From the sequence record NC_010811.2: 64,000 nt of DNA; one strand, given 5' to 3'. Below, piece by piece: positions 1 through 10,220 of this stretch (positions within the stretch are counted from its first letter, which is position 1; every line of letters begins with the position of its first letter). The notes below the pieces were generated by a model. The model did no database searches. It saw only the letters and a list, made by a program, of their open reading frames with translations, and was not told the origin of the DNA. Both the position numbers and the translations under genes were made by a program.

Positions 1-5
1 TGGCG

Positions 6-2000
6 ATGCCGTCGGACTTCACGGTGACCAACAACCCGCTGACGGCAAACGGCACGCTCATCGTCAATCGTCTGGCGCAAAACGCCAATACGTTCCTTGC
101 AGGTCCAATCTCAGGGAATGCTGCGATTCCCGGCTATCGTACGATTCAGTGGTCGGATCTGCCAGTAGCCACCACGCTCAATCCAGGAGTTGTGCGTCTT
201 GGGTCCGGCGTCAACTACACAGGCGGCGCACTCAACGCAAACGTGACGACAGTTGCAGGTCGTACGGGTGACGTGTTGCTGGCAGCTACCGACGTGAGCG
301 GACTGGCTACTGTTGCGCGTACTGGCAACTACAGCGACCTGAACGGACTCCCGTCGCCATACGTTCTGCCTACGGCCAGCGGCACGGTGTTGGGTGGCAT
401 CAAGGTGGGAGCCAATCTGTCCATCGACGGAAACGGGGTGCTCAGTGCACAGAACTCGTTCGTGTTGCAACCGGCCACTTCGTCAGTGCTCGGTGGAGTG
501 AAGATTGGAGCCAACGTGAGCGTGGCTGGTGACGGTACGATCAGCGTTGCTGCTCCGTACACGCTGCCTGTTGCCACATCCACGGTGTTGGGCGGTGTGA
601 AGCAGGGCACCAACGTGAGCGTGGCTGGCGACGGGACGTTGAGTGTGGCGACCGCCAGCAGCACGGTTCTGGGTCTGGTGAAGGGTGGTGGAACCAACAT
701 CACCATCGCAACGGACGGAACGCTGAATGTACCGACGGGCGCTGGCTACACTTTGCCAATCGCCACGACTAGTGTCGTTGGCGGTGTGCAAGTGGGCAAT
801 GGTCTGGCTGTGACCGCAGGCGGATTGCTGTCTACCAACATCCAGACGGTGGCTGGCGTCAGCCCTGTGTCTGGTGATGTGCCGCTGGCTGTCGCCAACA
901 TCACTGGCGCCGCGCCGCTGGCAAGTCCGACGTTCACGGGCGCACCTGCTGGTCCGACGCCTACGGCCGGCGATCAGAGCACGAAGCTGGCAACCACGCA
1001 ATTCGCCTACAATCTTGTGTCTGGTGTACAGACCGTGAACGTGGCGGGCGGGGTAGATGTGACGTTGACTCCGACGCAGTATGGAGCGGGCATTCTTCTG
1101 CTGAGCGGTGCGCTCACTGCGAACATCAACCTCATCCTTCCGGCGCAAGGAGGCAACTACACCATCTACAACGGGACGACGGGCGGGTTCACAGTCACTG
1201 CCAAGGCATCGGGCGCTACAGGCACCACGGTAGCTATGGTGTCCGGCCAGACCTACAGCCTGATGTGTGATGGGACGAATGTTCGTGCGCTGGGGGGTGG
1301 AGCAGGGTCCACCTTCTTCTCACGCACTTCGTTCTCCGCCACTGCTGGACAAACGACGTTCAACGTCACGTATCCGCCGGGCGCACTCATCGCGATCGTG
1401 AATGGTGCCGTGGTGTCTACCGCCAACTACACGGCAAACGACGGGGCGACCGTAGTCTTCAATCAGGCGTTGGACGGTACCGAAGAAGTCGTGTTCTTGG
1501 TGTGGACCGCGTTTGCGGTAGCCAACGCGCTGCCGTTGAGCGGCGGAACGATGGCAGGTCCCATCACGTTGACGGGCAACGATACGTCGGTCACACAGGC
1601 GACCGCGGACAGCAGCACGAAGCTGGCCACTACGGCGTTCGTTCACACGGTGGTCGCCAGTGTGGCGCTGGCGCGCGCCGTAGTAACGCTGGGCAACCTC
1701 ACCGCCAGCCAAGTGTCCAACACCGATCTGTCGACGGTTGGGTTCACCAATCAGACGCAGGTGGTGAGTCTGGTGCGAGTGGACACGGGAGCAAGCGACC
1801 AGTATCAGGTGCAGATCATTGAGACTGTGTCGGGTGTAGAAACTGTTGTCTATCAGTCGATCGTTGAGACCGGCCCTATGAAGGATCTGGTGCCGTTCAC
1901 CATCGATCGTACGGTGTCCAACAGCACGCTCACGTTGCGAGTGACGGCCACCACGGCCACCACTGGCACCACGGTCCGACTGGTAAGTCAAGGAGTGTAA
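6..2000 (+). CDS. Long tail fibre / virion fibre protein (probably 5'-truncated by the window edge)
   Basis: G/T/A/V-rich 664-aa ORF with tandem LPxATxxVLGGVKxG repeats and the phage fibre motif SPTFTGAPAGPTPTAGDQSTKLATTQF; frame is open at the window start. Confidence 0.8.
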   Translation: MPSDFTVTNNPLTANGTLIVNRLAQNANTFLAGPISGNAAIPGYRTIQWSDLPVATTLNPGVVRLGSGVNYTGGALNANVTTVAGRTGDVLLAATDVSGLATVARTGNYSDLNGLPSPYVLPTASGTVLGGIKVGANLSIDGNGVLSAQNSFVLQPATSSVLGGVKIGANVSVAGDGTISVAAPYTLPVATSTVLGGVKQGTNVSVAGDGTLSVATASSTVLGLVKGGGTNITIATDGTLNVPTGAGYTLPIATTSVVGGVQVGNGLAVTAGGLLSTNIQTVAGVSPVSGDVPLAVANITGAAPLASPTFTGAPAGPTPTAGDQSTKLATTQFAYNLVSGVQTVNVAGGVDVTLTPTQYGAGILLLSGALTANINLILPAQGGNYTIYNGTTGGFTVTAKASGATGTTVAMVSGQTYSLMCDGTNVRALGGGAGSTFFSRTSFSATAGQTTFNVTYPPGALIAIVNGAVVSTANYTANDGATVVFNQALDGTEEVVFLVWTAFAVANALPLSGGTMAGPITLTGNDTSVTQATADSSTKLATTAFVHTVVASVALARAVVTLGNLTASQVSNTDLSTVGFTNQTQVVSLVRVDTGASDQYQVQIIETVSGVETVVYQSIVETGPMKDLVPFTIDRTVSNSTLTLRVTATTATTGTTVRLVSQGV

Positions 2001-2003
2001 TAG

Positions 2004-4925
2004 ATGGCACGGCCACCTTTCCCAACGGCCACTGACTACCTGCAGATTCTGACGGATGATTTCTACGCGGGACTCAACCAGAAGAATCTGCGGGAGATGT
2101 GGACCCCGTACACGAGTGCTTCACTCATCAACAGCTTCACGCTCCCAACGGGAGGCTCTACCATCAATGGCGCGTGGTCAATTGACTCGGGGGACCCTTC
2201 GCTCCCACTGAGTCAGCAGGAGCCACGTGCCTACTGCGTTAAGGGCAAGATCAGCTGCTCGGTGAGTGGCACCACACTCATCGTTCGAGTGCAGCTCAAC
2301 AGTGGCTGGGGCAGCGCCAGTGTGTATGTGGACGGGGTCAAACCCTCCACTATCTCGGGCCTCGCGTCGTATGCCGACACGATTGACTGCAATCTGGACA
2401 ATCATGCGGGTGTGGTTGGAGGTAATCAGTACTACGACTTGGTGATCGCGGACGGTCTGTCGAGCAGTGGCCCACACACGATCGATCTGTATGTGAACAA
2501 CGGGGCTTCGGGCTTCGTGGTGATTGCTGGATACAAGAGTCGCGCCTATCAGCAGGTTGGCAACAACTACAGCGGATGGGTGGCTGATGCGACGACCGGG
2601 CTCAATCGGAAGACGCTCACCCTGAAGAACGTGAGCACCAATCCGATAGCAGCCGTGTCGCTTGCTATACCGTCCGGGGTGGTGAATCCAGACGGATCCG
2701 CCATCAGCAGTCCGGTGAACGTAGGTACTATCAGTCCTGGAGCTTCGTACAGCCTACCCTACGCAGTGAACGGAGCCTCTATTGGTTCGTTGACACCCGT
2801 GATCACTTTTGGAATGAGTGCGCAGTACGCGGATCCCGCAGGATCCATCAGTCTGCCGGTGGCAGTCACGCTGCCAGTGGGCAACACTGGACTCACGTTT
2901 GACACGCATTGGTCGATGGACAACAGCACGCCGACCAGCGTGGAACGTGCGTTCAGTACGGCTCTCAACGCAACCGTGTCTTGGACGATGACCGACACGC
3001 AGTTCACCATCACTCTGCAGAAGGACAGTGGATGGGGAACGGCAAAGGTGATGGTGGGCGGCACGCAGTATGGAACGTTGAGCAGTAACGACGCGGTTGG
3101 CGGTGGCTTTCTTGCAGACACCACGATCACTGGGTTGCCCGCAGGTAGCAAGACGGTGAGTCTAGTGGCGACCACAAATGGCAGCAAGCCGTTTGTGTTC
3201 ACTCAGGTGGCGTTCAACACCACGCTCACGCTGACGCAGGTGTCGGAGAATGTGAATCTCAACTACGCGCTGTCCTACATACCGCCGTTTGCGCCAGCAA
3301 ATCCCTCACTGGGCGCAAATGGTGAGATCACGTGGACGGCGTCTAGCAGTTCGGCTTCGGACTATTCGATCCCGCGGGACAACACTGGCATCACCGAGTA
3401 TCGAGTGAAGACTCGATTCCCAACGTTCGCTGTGTACTACGCAACCGGGATGGGCGATCTTCTGTCCAACTTCGACGTGGTGATAATCGAACCGACCGCG
3501 GTGAGTCGCGCGCAAGTTGCTGCGTGGCAGGCCAAGGGCATTCTGGTTTTGGGCTACGTGTCGTTCGGCGAAGAAGACGGAGAGCGCGTCGATATCTACG
3601 ACTTGAGTGACAATCGTCTCCAGCCGCACGTGGATGACGGCAAGGGTCCTGGCGGATTTGCATCCTACTACAACAAGGGAGGGAATGGATTCCGCGAGGC
3701 GTCTGAATGCCAGAACGACAATCAGGCGGCGAACGGGACGAAGACCTGTGCACTGGCCAACGCTCACTACTTCAAGGGAGTTGGGCGTTGTGGTCTTGCC
3801 TGTCAGTGGGACTCGCAGAACGGGTACGCAGCTCAGTCAACGGGCGGTGCCTGCGCCAAGGGCTACACGAGCGCCAACTTCTGGCAGCGTGATGCAACGC
3901 AGGCTTGTCAGAATGCTTCGTGTCCTCAGTACAATCCGACGAATACCAAGTGTCCGCAGTATCAGCAGGCAACGGTACACTGGGGACAGGACTTCTCGAT
4001 TGCTACTCCCAATCTGCCGGATCAGAATGGTATCTGGGGTTCGACCTACACGAATCCGTTGATGCCTCGGTGGAAGCAGAAGCTACAGAACTTCTATATG
4101 CCGTACGTGTTCGGTACTCAGACGCAGATGACGGAGAACATCGCTGTCAAGTCGCATGTGGGTGGCGCGAGTGGCACCAAGACGTTCGTGGCGCGAGTCA
4201 ACGGTTATCCGTTCGACGATCAGGCGGCGTTCTCGGTCACGACTGTGAACGGGTCCTACACCTATTTGCCGAATTCGGACTACGGGTACGACGCAGTGAC
4301 CGGCGTGTTCTCGTTTGATCTGACGGCAGGTACAAGCGGTGGAGCACCAGCCCTCACTGATGGAACGCAGCTGAAGTTCACGTACTACAAGAAGGGACTG
4401 CAGTGCGATGGGCTGTTCATGGACACTGTGGACACGGTAGACGTGTATCCAAGCGATCAGTTCAATCAGGGTATGGCCGACATGATCAACGGCCTGAAGC
4501 AGCAATACCCGAACGCGCACTTCTGCTCGAATCGTGGGTTCTCGGTTCTTAACAAGATCATCAAGAGCTGTCGATTTGTGATGTTCGAGTCTTTCCTGTC
4601 GGACTACAACTTCACAACGGGAAGCTATCAGCTGGTGACGGATCCGGACAGTGTGGCGTTCAACAACGAGATCATTCAACAGCTGAACACGTTGCGCAAT
4701 CAGTACACGTTCGACGTTATCGCGTTGAACTACGCGCCGAACGATTCGTCAGGGGACAGCATACGAGACACGGTGAACGCCAAAGCCTACGAACTGGGTT
4801 ACATGTCGTGGCTGTCGGTCATCGATCTGAATGCGCCCCAACTGACGAATGTCAACGTGAACCCGAATGGCGTCATTCGACAGAATCAGTGGACTATCGT
4901 GAGGAAGAAGAAGTATGGCAGCTAA
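2004..4925 (+). CDS. Virion-associated glycoside hydrolase, GH114/PelA-like endo-alpha-1,4-polygalactosaminidase domain with N-terminal beta-sandwich modules
   Basis: Motifs FAVYY..FDVVIIEP, GYVSFGE, DGLFMDTVD, SNRGF, VMFESF match the TIM-barrel GH114/PelA hydrolase pattern; lies among fibre genes. Confidence 0.7.
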   Translation: MARPPFPTATDYLQILTDDFYAGLNQKNLREMWTPYTSASLINSFTLPTGGSTINGAWSIDSGDPSLPLSQQEPRAYCVKGKISCSVSGTTLIVRVQLNSGWGSASVYVDGVKPSTISGLASYADTIDCNLDNHAGVVGGNQYYDLVIADGLSSSGPHTIDLYVNNGASGFVVIAGYKSRAYQQVGNNYSGWVADATTGLNRKTLTLKNVSTNPIAAVSLAIPSGVVNPDGSAISSPVNVGTISPGASYSLPYAVNGASIGSLTPVITFGMSAQYADPAGSISLPVAVTLPVGNTGLTFDTHWSMDNSTPTSVERAFSTALNATVSWTMTDTQFTITLQKDSGWGTAKVMVGGTQYGTLSSNDAVGGGFLADTTITGLPAGSKTVSLVATTNGSKPFVFTQVAFNTTLTLTQVSENVNLNYALSYIPPFAPANPSLGANGEITWTASSSSASDYSIPRDNTGITEYRVKTRFPTFAVYYATGMGDLLSNFDVVIIEPTAVSRAQVAAWQAKGILVLGYVSFGEEDGERVDIYDLSDNRLQPHVDDGKGPGGFASYYNKGGNGFREASECQNDNQAANGTKTCALANAHYFKGVGRCGLACQWDSQNGYAAQSTGGACAKGYTSANFWQRDATQACQNASCPQYNPTNTKCPQYQQATVHWGQDFSIATPNLPDQNGIWGSTYTNPLMPRWKQKLQNFYMPYVFGTQTQMTENIAVKSHVGGASGTKTFVARVNGYPFDDQAAFSVTTVNGSYTYLPNSDYGYDAVTGVFSFDLTAGTSGGAPALTDGTQLKFTYYKKGLQCDGLFMDTVDTVDVYPSDQFNQGMADMINGLKQQYPNAHFCSNRGFSVLNKIIKSCRFVMFESFLSDYNFTTGSYQLVTDPDSVAFNNEIIQQLNTLRNQYTFDVIALNYAPNDSSGDSIRDTVNAKAYELGYMSWLSVIDLNAPQLTNVNVNPNGVIRQNQWTIVRKKKYGS

Positions 4926-5151
4926 TCCGTTTCTCACCAACATTCCCGTGGTGAGCATAGTGACGGCGGTGCGCGTAGTGAATGGAGTGGAAGTCGAAAC
5001 GCCGGTTGGCGACTGCATCCGAGTGTGGGGGCGCGTTGGTAACGCCTCGCACTCCAACCAAGATGACCCACTGATCCCCACCGCCCAGAATCCGCGACTG
5101 ACTCCCACGCGGTACGATTTCATGCGCCAGAAGCCGTACGGCAAGGCATAA
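4915..5151 (+). CDS. Small hypothetical (probable virion) protein
   Basis: 78-aa ORF filling the gap between two large + strand genes and overlapping the upstream stop. Confidence 0.55.
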   Translation: MAANPFLTNIPVVSIVTAVRVVNGVEVETPVGDCIRVWGRVGNASHSNQDDPLIPTAQNPRLTPTRYDFMRQKPYGKA

Positions 5152-5164
5152 CATAGGGTGACGT

Positions 5165-7444
5165 ATGACTCAATCATTGAATCTTGCTCGGTTGTCCACA
5201 TTCCTGACGGTGGATGCTTCCGGCAACATCGTTGCAAAGCAGAACCCTGCGGCGCTGGACAACACACTGAAGCTGGTGACCTCGTCCTGGAGCAATGCGG
5301 CGATCTCACAGGCGATCGCAACACTGCAGACGTCACTTAGCGGCAGCACAGGCGCCAGTCAGGTAGGGTTCATCGCAGCCGGATCTGCCGCCGTCGCTCG
5401 CAGCGTGCAAAGCGTGCTGCGCGATCGCGTGAACGTGCGGAACTACGGTGTGTTGGGCGTTGGTACTGACGACACGCTGGCACTCAGCACCATGATGGCC
5501 ACACTGCAGTCTGCCGGTCAGGTGGTAGACGTGTATTTCCCAGCAGGTCTGTATCTCGTATCAGGGTCAGGGATTGTTGGCAATCAGTTCATCGGGCGCA
5601 TTCACGGCGATGGTCCTACGGCATCTGTCATCCAGGCAGCCAGCAGCGCAATGACCAGCCCTGCGCTGTCGTTCAGCTCGACAGCGGACGGTATCACTAT
5701 CCAGGACATCGGCATCCTGGGTCCGGGTCAGGCAGCGGGTGCGGGCCAGGACGGTGTGGTGATCGCCAACGGATCGAGTCCGGTGCGTCAGCCGCGTCTC
5801 GTGAACTGTGAGGTGTACAACTGGCCAGGACGTGCATTCAACATCAGCACTCCGATCGCAGGGGTGGCCGAGAACTGCCGCGTGCAGAACAACGTGCATG
5901 GCTTCTACCTGAACGGCGGCACGAGCTTCACGTTCATCAACTGCTATCCCAACGGTAACCTGAAGTCCGGCTACTGGCTGAATGGAACAACGTACAGTGC
6001 GGCGATCGGCTGCGCAGCAGACACCAATGGCGTCGCTTGGCTGTTGTCCGGCGTCACCGTCTTCAGCATGGTGGGTTGCGGCAATGAGGCGGGGACTGCC
6101 TACAACCTGACGATCACCAACAGCAGCTTGACGTCGAACGTTGCGACCTTCACGTATTCTGGTCCCGACCAGTCGGCGGACTTCATCGGCAATGGCCGCA
6201 CCATCGTCATTCGTGGATCGACCAACATACCAGCGGCCAACGCCGGGATTTCGGGATTGGGTGATGGTCGGTGGCCAATTGCAAGTGTTGGCACCAACAC
6301 TGTGAGCATCGCGCTGACGGGCACCAATATCACTTCGGCTGCGGACGTGGGTACCGTTAGCTTCTGGGCTGGGGACGGCATCGTCAGTAATGGTTCTACC
6401 GTGATCCAAGTCATGGGTTATCGGACGATTGCTCCGGCACAGACCAGCAGCTCCATGATTGTGACCGAGGGCAGCAGCAACCAGATCACGCTTCAGGGCA
6501 TGCGCAGTACGCAAGGTAGCGGACAGGCGCAGACCACGGACATGTGGTTTGGTTCGGGTTCCAGCAACATCATTCGCATGAACAACGCGTTCAGCGGACA
6601 GACGTATCAAGGAGCCACCAACATCACGACCGTGTCCAACGGTACGTGGACTGTACCTACACTCACTGCAACGGCTGCCATCAACTCGAATGGTGCGTTG
6701 ACCCTGACGCAGTTGGCGTCGGCCTCCTCGGGATCCAACGTCAACAGTCCAGCGGTCAACCTGCTCAGTACCTACTGGACGGGCACTGCATCGGCGCAGG
6801 ACACGGTGACGATTCAGGCAAAGCCAGCCGCGTCGGGCGCCAATCCGCTGATTTCGCTCAACTTCCAGCACAGCTCAGGATCGTCTGGTGGTATGCAGCT
6901 GTCCGTGAACGGTAACGCCGTTATCACTGGCGGTGGTCAGTTCATCGGCGGAGGCGGTATCAGCACGACTGGCAACGCAGTGATTGGGGGCACGCTGAGT
7001 GTGACTGGGGTAGCGACAGGACCTACGCCCACGCCCGGAGACAACAGCACGAAGTTGGCGACCACCGCATTCGTTCAAGCTGCGATTCCTGCGGCGGGTA
7101 CCATCCCGTACGACATGCCGATGTTCTTCCCAGGAACGATGACCGCGAATCAGTTGCTGGCGCGCACCATCTTCACGCGAAACATCACGTGGCCTGTATC
7201 GCTGACCGGCACTCAGTGCAGTGCCCCTTCTGGACAAGGAGCAACCGCCAGCACCACGGTCACTCTGTACCAGAATGGAACAAGTATCGGAACGTTGACG
7301 TGGGCCGCAGGTAGCACGACGCCTACCATCACGTTCAGTGCGCAGGTCAACTGGGTAGCAGGTGACGTACTCACGATCTTTGCTCCAGCATCCCCGGACA
7401 CAACGCTGGCCAATGTAAGTCTGACTGTAGCAGCCTTCCGATAA
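5165..7444 (+). CDS. Tailspike / depolymerase with pectate-lyase-like parallel beta-helix
   Basis: DRVNVRNYGVLGVGTDDTLAL..VYFPAGLYLV beta-helix cap motif, repeated N/G-rich coils, fibre motif PTPGDNSTKLATTAFV near the C-terminus. Confidence 0.75.
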   Translation: MTQSLNLARLSTFLTVDASGNIVAKQNPAALDNTLKLVTSSWSNAAISQAIATLQTSLSGSTGASQVGFIAAGSAAVARSVQSVLRDRVNVRNYGVLGVGTDDTLALSTMMATLQSAGQVVDVYFPAGLYLVSGSGIVGNQFIGRIHGDGPTASVIQAASSAMTSPALSFSSTADGITIQDIGILGPGQAAGAGQDGVVIANGSSPVRQPRLVNCEVYNWPGRAFNISTPIAGVAENCRVQNNVHGFYLNGGTSFTFINCYPNGNLKSGYWLNGTTYSAAIGCAADTNGVAWLLSGVTVFSMVGCGNEAGTAYNLTITNSSLTSNVATFTYSGPDQSADFIGNGRTIVIRGSTNIPAANAGISGLGDGRWPIASVGTNTVSIALTGTNITSAADVGTVSFWAGDGIVSNGSTVIQVMGYRTIAPAQTSSSMIVTEGSSNQITLQGMRSTQGSGQAQTTDMWFGSGSSNIIRMNNAFSGQTYQGATNITTVSNGTWTVPTLTATAAINSNGALTLTQLASASSGSNVNSPAVNLLSTYWTGTASAQDTVTIQAKPAASGANPLISLNFQHSSGSSGGMQLSVNGNAVITGGGQFIGGGGISTTGNAVIGGTLSVTGVATGPTPTPGDNSTKLATTAFVQAAIPAAGTIPYDMPMFFPGTMTANQLLARTIFTRNITWPVSLTGTQCSAPSGQGATASTTVTLYQNGTSIGTLTWAAGSTTPTITFSAQVNWVAGDVLTIFAPASPDTTLANVSLTVAAFR

Positions 7445-7471
7445 TCGCAGGCTAGGTCCAAAGGAGAATTC

Positions 7472-7876
7472 ATGACTACCGTAGTGGGAGATTGCGCGGA
7501 CTGCATCATCAGTGTCCCAAACAACAGTCTGCTGAGCATGGTGTATCGGGTGTCGGTGGACGAGGGTCAAAATCATCTGATCCGTCATCGTGGCAACGTG
7601 AATGGCTACTATCCGGCGCAATCCGTGAGCGCACAAGGCATCACGCTGGCCGCAGGTAGCAGCCATACTGTGAACGTCAGTACCTCCAGCATTCTGGTGT
7701 CAACCAACACTCCTCTGCAGATGTCGTTGGTGCAGGCTGGAGTCACGGTCACCACCATGACTGTGCGTCAGCTGATGATCGTGGACGACGCGTTCAGCAG
7801 TTTTACGCTGACCAACAACGGAACGACGGACGCTACGATCTTCCTTGCGTACACGTCTGGAAGCAGCACGCAGTAA
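7472..7876 (+). CDS. Hypothetical virion protein
   Basis: 134-aa beta-rich ORF with SD AAGGAG upstream; last gene before the terminator. Confidence 0.65.
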   Translation: MTTVVGDCADCIISVPNNSLLSMVYRVSVDEGQNHLIRHRGNVNGYYPAQSVSAQGITLAAGSSHTVNVSTSSILVSTNTPLQMSLVQAGVTVTTMTVRQLMIVDDAFSSFTLTNNGTTDATIFLAYTSGSSTQ

Positions 7877-7879
7877 AGC

Positions 7880-7909
7880 AAAAAGCCCCGCTGTTTAGCG
7901 GGGCTTTTT
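7880..7909. terminator. Bidirectional intrinsic terminator
   Basis: Perfect 13-bp inverted repeat AAAAAGCCCCGCT-gttt-AGCGGGGCTTTTT between convergent stops at 7876 and 7919. Confidence 0.9.
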
Positions 7910-7918
7910 CTTTGGCAC

Positions 7919-8695
7919 TTACCACGTGATACTGGTCACTGCATCGGCGGTGTTGGCGTCTTCCACCTCACTCTTAAGCTGTTGCAGACGCTGGAAGTTT
8001 GTCCACCGGCGATCCACGATTGCGGCCAATAGCGCCTGGAGATCAGTCAACTTCAGCTTCACTCCAGTGTTATCTGCTGCCTGCCAGAAGAATCCGGTAG
8101 GAACAGAGCCTGCTGCACTGTACACAATGACCGCCGACTGCAACAGGCGCTCGCTCAAGCCGTCGGCCTGAAACTCGTTCTGCTGATAGGTGATGTTGGC
8201 CGTGGTCGACGCCATGTACGCAGCATCCAATTGCGACAGTTGGCGATTCTTGATGTCGACAAGTGTGTTGCCGCCAGACAAGGATACAGGTGTGCTATTA
8301 GCAGGCGGTTCCACACCCGCCTCAGAGATGGTAGTGATGGTGCCATCTGCCAACTTGAACATCTGTCCTCGATAGTCAGAAACGACTGTCCACTGGCCGT
8401 CTTGAATCAGCGCTACTTGATTCTCGCCGACCTTTGGCTTGTTGTAGACAGTCACCGGGGTAGACACAGCAGCCGGAAGAGCTGAAGGGGCTGGAGCCGC
8501 CATCAGCTCCGTGATGGTCCACCGATTGCCATCCCATTTGGGAACCTGCGTACTTGGCTTGAACGAAGGGGGTTCGAATTGTGTGGTGTTGGGCGGCAAC
8601 AGAACAGTGTTGCCCTGTGCACAGGTTGGATCGATCTGTGCTTGCGCCGTCCCAGTATAGAAGCCTGAGGCGTCATAGGTGTAGACTGTGATCAT
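7919..8695 (-). CDS. Tail fibre assembly chaperone (Tfa-like N-terminus, DUF4376-like C-terminus)
   Basis: YTYDASGFYTG..LLPPNTTQFEPP..W and FQAD..S motifs; directly downstream of a collar-domain fibre gene. Confidence 0.75.
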   Translation of the reverse strand: MITVYTYDASGFYTGTAQAQIDPTCAQGNTVLLPPNTTQFEPPSFKPSTQVPKWDGNRWTITELMAAPAPSALPAAVSTPVTVYNKPKVGENQVALIQDGQWTVVSDYRGQMFKLADGTITTISEAGVEPPANSTPVSLSGGNTLVDIKNRQLSQLDAAYMASTTANITYQQNEFQADGLSERLLQSAVIVYSAAGSVPTGFFWQAADNTGVKLKLTDLQALLAAIVDRRWTNFQRLQQLKSEVEDANTADAVTSITW

Positions 8696-8702
8696 GGAGC
8701 CC

Positions 8703-10199
8703 TCAATACTTGATGATGTAGTTCATGGCCACGTTCTTAGGGGTGGTCTCGGCGCCGCCATTAACCAAGGTGCCAATACCGGTGACGTTGCCGTAGATAC
8801 CGATGCCCGTCCCGACTGCTGCTGTAGTTTCGGTGAATTGGAATTCGCCGCCACCGTAGCGCGCACTTGGCACGTAACACGAGGTATCGCCACCCGACTG
8901 ACGAAGGGTACCCAGTGTCCATGTGTGACTATGGCCTGGATCGTACACTCCGTGCGCGTGTCCCGGATCAGACACTGCGTGATTGTGTGAGCGGAAGGCA
9001 TCACCCTGATAGGTACCGAACACTCGGCCAGGATCCTGTCCACGTCCATTGTCCCAGCCTCGCACGAACACACCGCGCAGATCAGGCAGGTTGAACGTGG
9101 TGCTGCCGTTCCCGACACCATACGTCGTACCAATGACGGAGTACAGACTTGCGAACCCTGTTCGACTGATAGCAGCCGCGTTGCAAGCAAGGTATCCAGC
9201 TGGGATCGTGGTGCCTGCAAACGGCAGAATGGTACCCGGCGGAACCAACTGAGGCGGGTTCAGAATCTGATCGTAGAACAGATTCAGGCCCTCAACGTCG
9301 CAGCGGTACAGAATGACGTTGGACCCCACTTGCGGAGTATTCGGCAACGGTACATTGTTGTACGTACCGTCGTTCGTCACATTCAGGTTGAATCGGTAAT
9401 TGGAGCCGCTCGTCTGAACGTTGTTCACAGAACGGAAATAACCATCAGCAGTCTGCAGCAAGAATCCACGGTTTCCAACGGTGAGGTCTTGTGTGTTGAG
9501 TCGACTTGCCGCGATTTCCACCCATGAGGTACTGGCGTTGACTACTGGGAACGTCGTCGCGTTCAGATTACCCGCACGACTTCCCAGATAACGACGATAT
9601 GGAGTCCCCACGTTCGCCCACGAGCTCGCATTATTCTGCTCCAACAGCGACGCTTCTCCGTATGCCGACAGTTCGTGGATAGCCAGCAGCGGGGTAAGCG
9701 GATTTGCCATCAACGCAGGCGGTGCCACATCGGACCACTGGTAGATGTCGATGACCTGCGGTGCACCGGTCGGCGTCACGATTTGGAAGACGGCGGTGGA
9801 CTGGGCCAGCCGCAGCAGGCAGTTCAACACGTAAGCCGACGCGACATTGGTGCCCAACGAGCTGAACTTGGTCTGCGGCGTATTGAACACAGCCTTGGCG
9901 AACATCGTGCCATCACTCATGAACAGGGCCACTTCACCGAACTGCCACGGACCTGCATCGGGTGGGATCGTACACACAACGTTCAGCGTATTGCCGCTCA
10001 CGTTCTGCCATGCGCTGGGAGCTGCTTGATACAGTAGACTGCCGTTGATGTCAACGTCGGTTGGCTGAGGAGTGTATCCGTAGCCTGACCCAATCTTGAA
10101 GCTGTTGATCACCACGAAGATGCCGTGCTGTTGCGCGTTGGTGGCGGCTGCCAACCCCGCATTTGTGATGACCAGCAACGGACTGCTGAGATCTGCCAT
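8703..10199 (-). CDS. Tail fibre protein with baseplate-attachment N-terminus and tail-collar domain
   Basis: ITNAGLAAA N-terminus; collar motif VPPGTILPFAGTTIPAGYLACN..TFNLPDLRGVFVRGWDNGRG; HxH repeats. Confidence 0.85.
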   Translation of the reverse strand: MADLSSPLLVITNAGLAAATNAQQHGIFVVINSFKIGSGYGYTPQPTDVDINGSLLYQAAPSAWQNVSGNTLNVVCTIPPDAGPWQFGEVALFMSDGTMFAKAVFNTPQTKFSSLGTNVASAYVLNCLLRLAQSTAVFQIVTPTGAPQVIDIYQWSDVAPPALMANPLTPLLAIHELSAYGEASLLEQNNASSWANVGTPYRRYLGSRAGNLNATTFPVVNASTSWVEIAASRLNTQDLTVGNRGFLLQTADGYFRSVNNVQTSGSNYRFNLNVTNDGTYNNVPLPNTPQVGSNVILYRCDVEGLNLFYDQILNPPQLVPPGTILPFAGTTIPAGYLACNAAAISRTGFASLYSVIGTTYGVGNGSTTFNLPDLRGVFVRGWDNGRGQDPGRVFGTYQGDAFRSHNHAVSDPGHAHGVYDPGHSHTWTLGTLRQSGGDTSCYVPSARYGGGEFQFTETTAAVGTGIGIYGNVTGIGTLVNGGAETTPKNVAMNYIIKY

Positions 10200-10220
10200 G
10201 TTGAACCTCTAACGGTAGGA

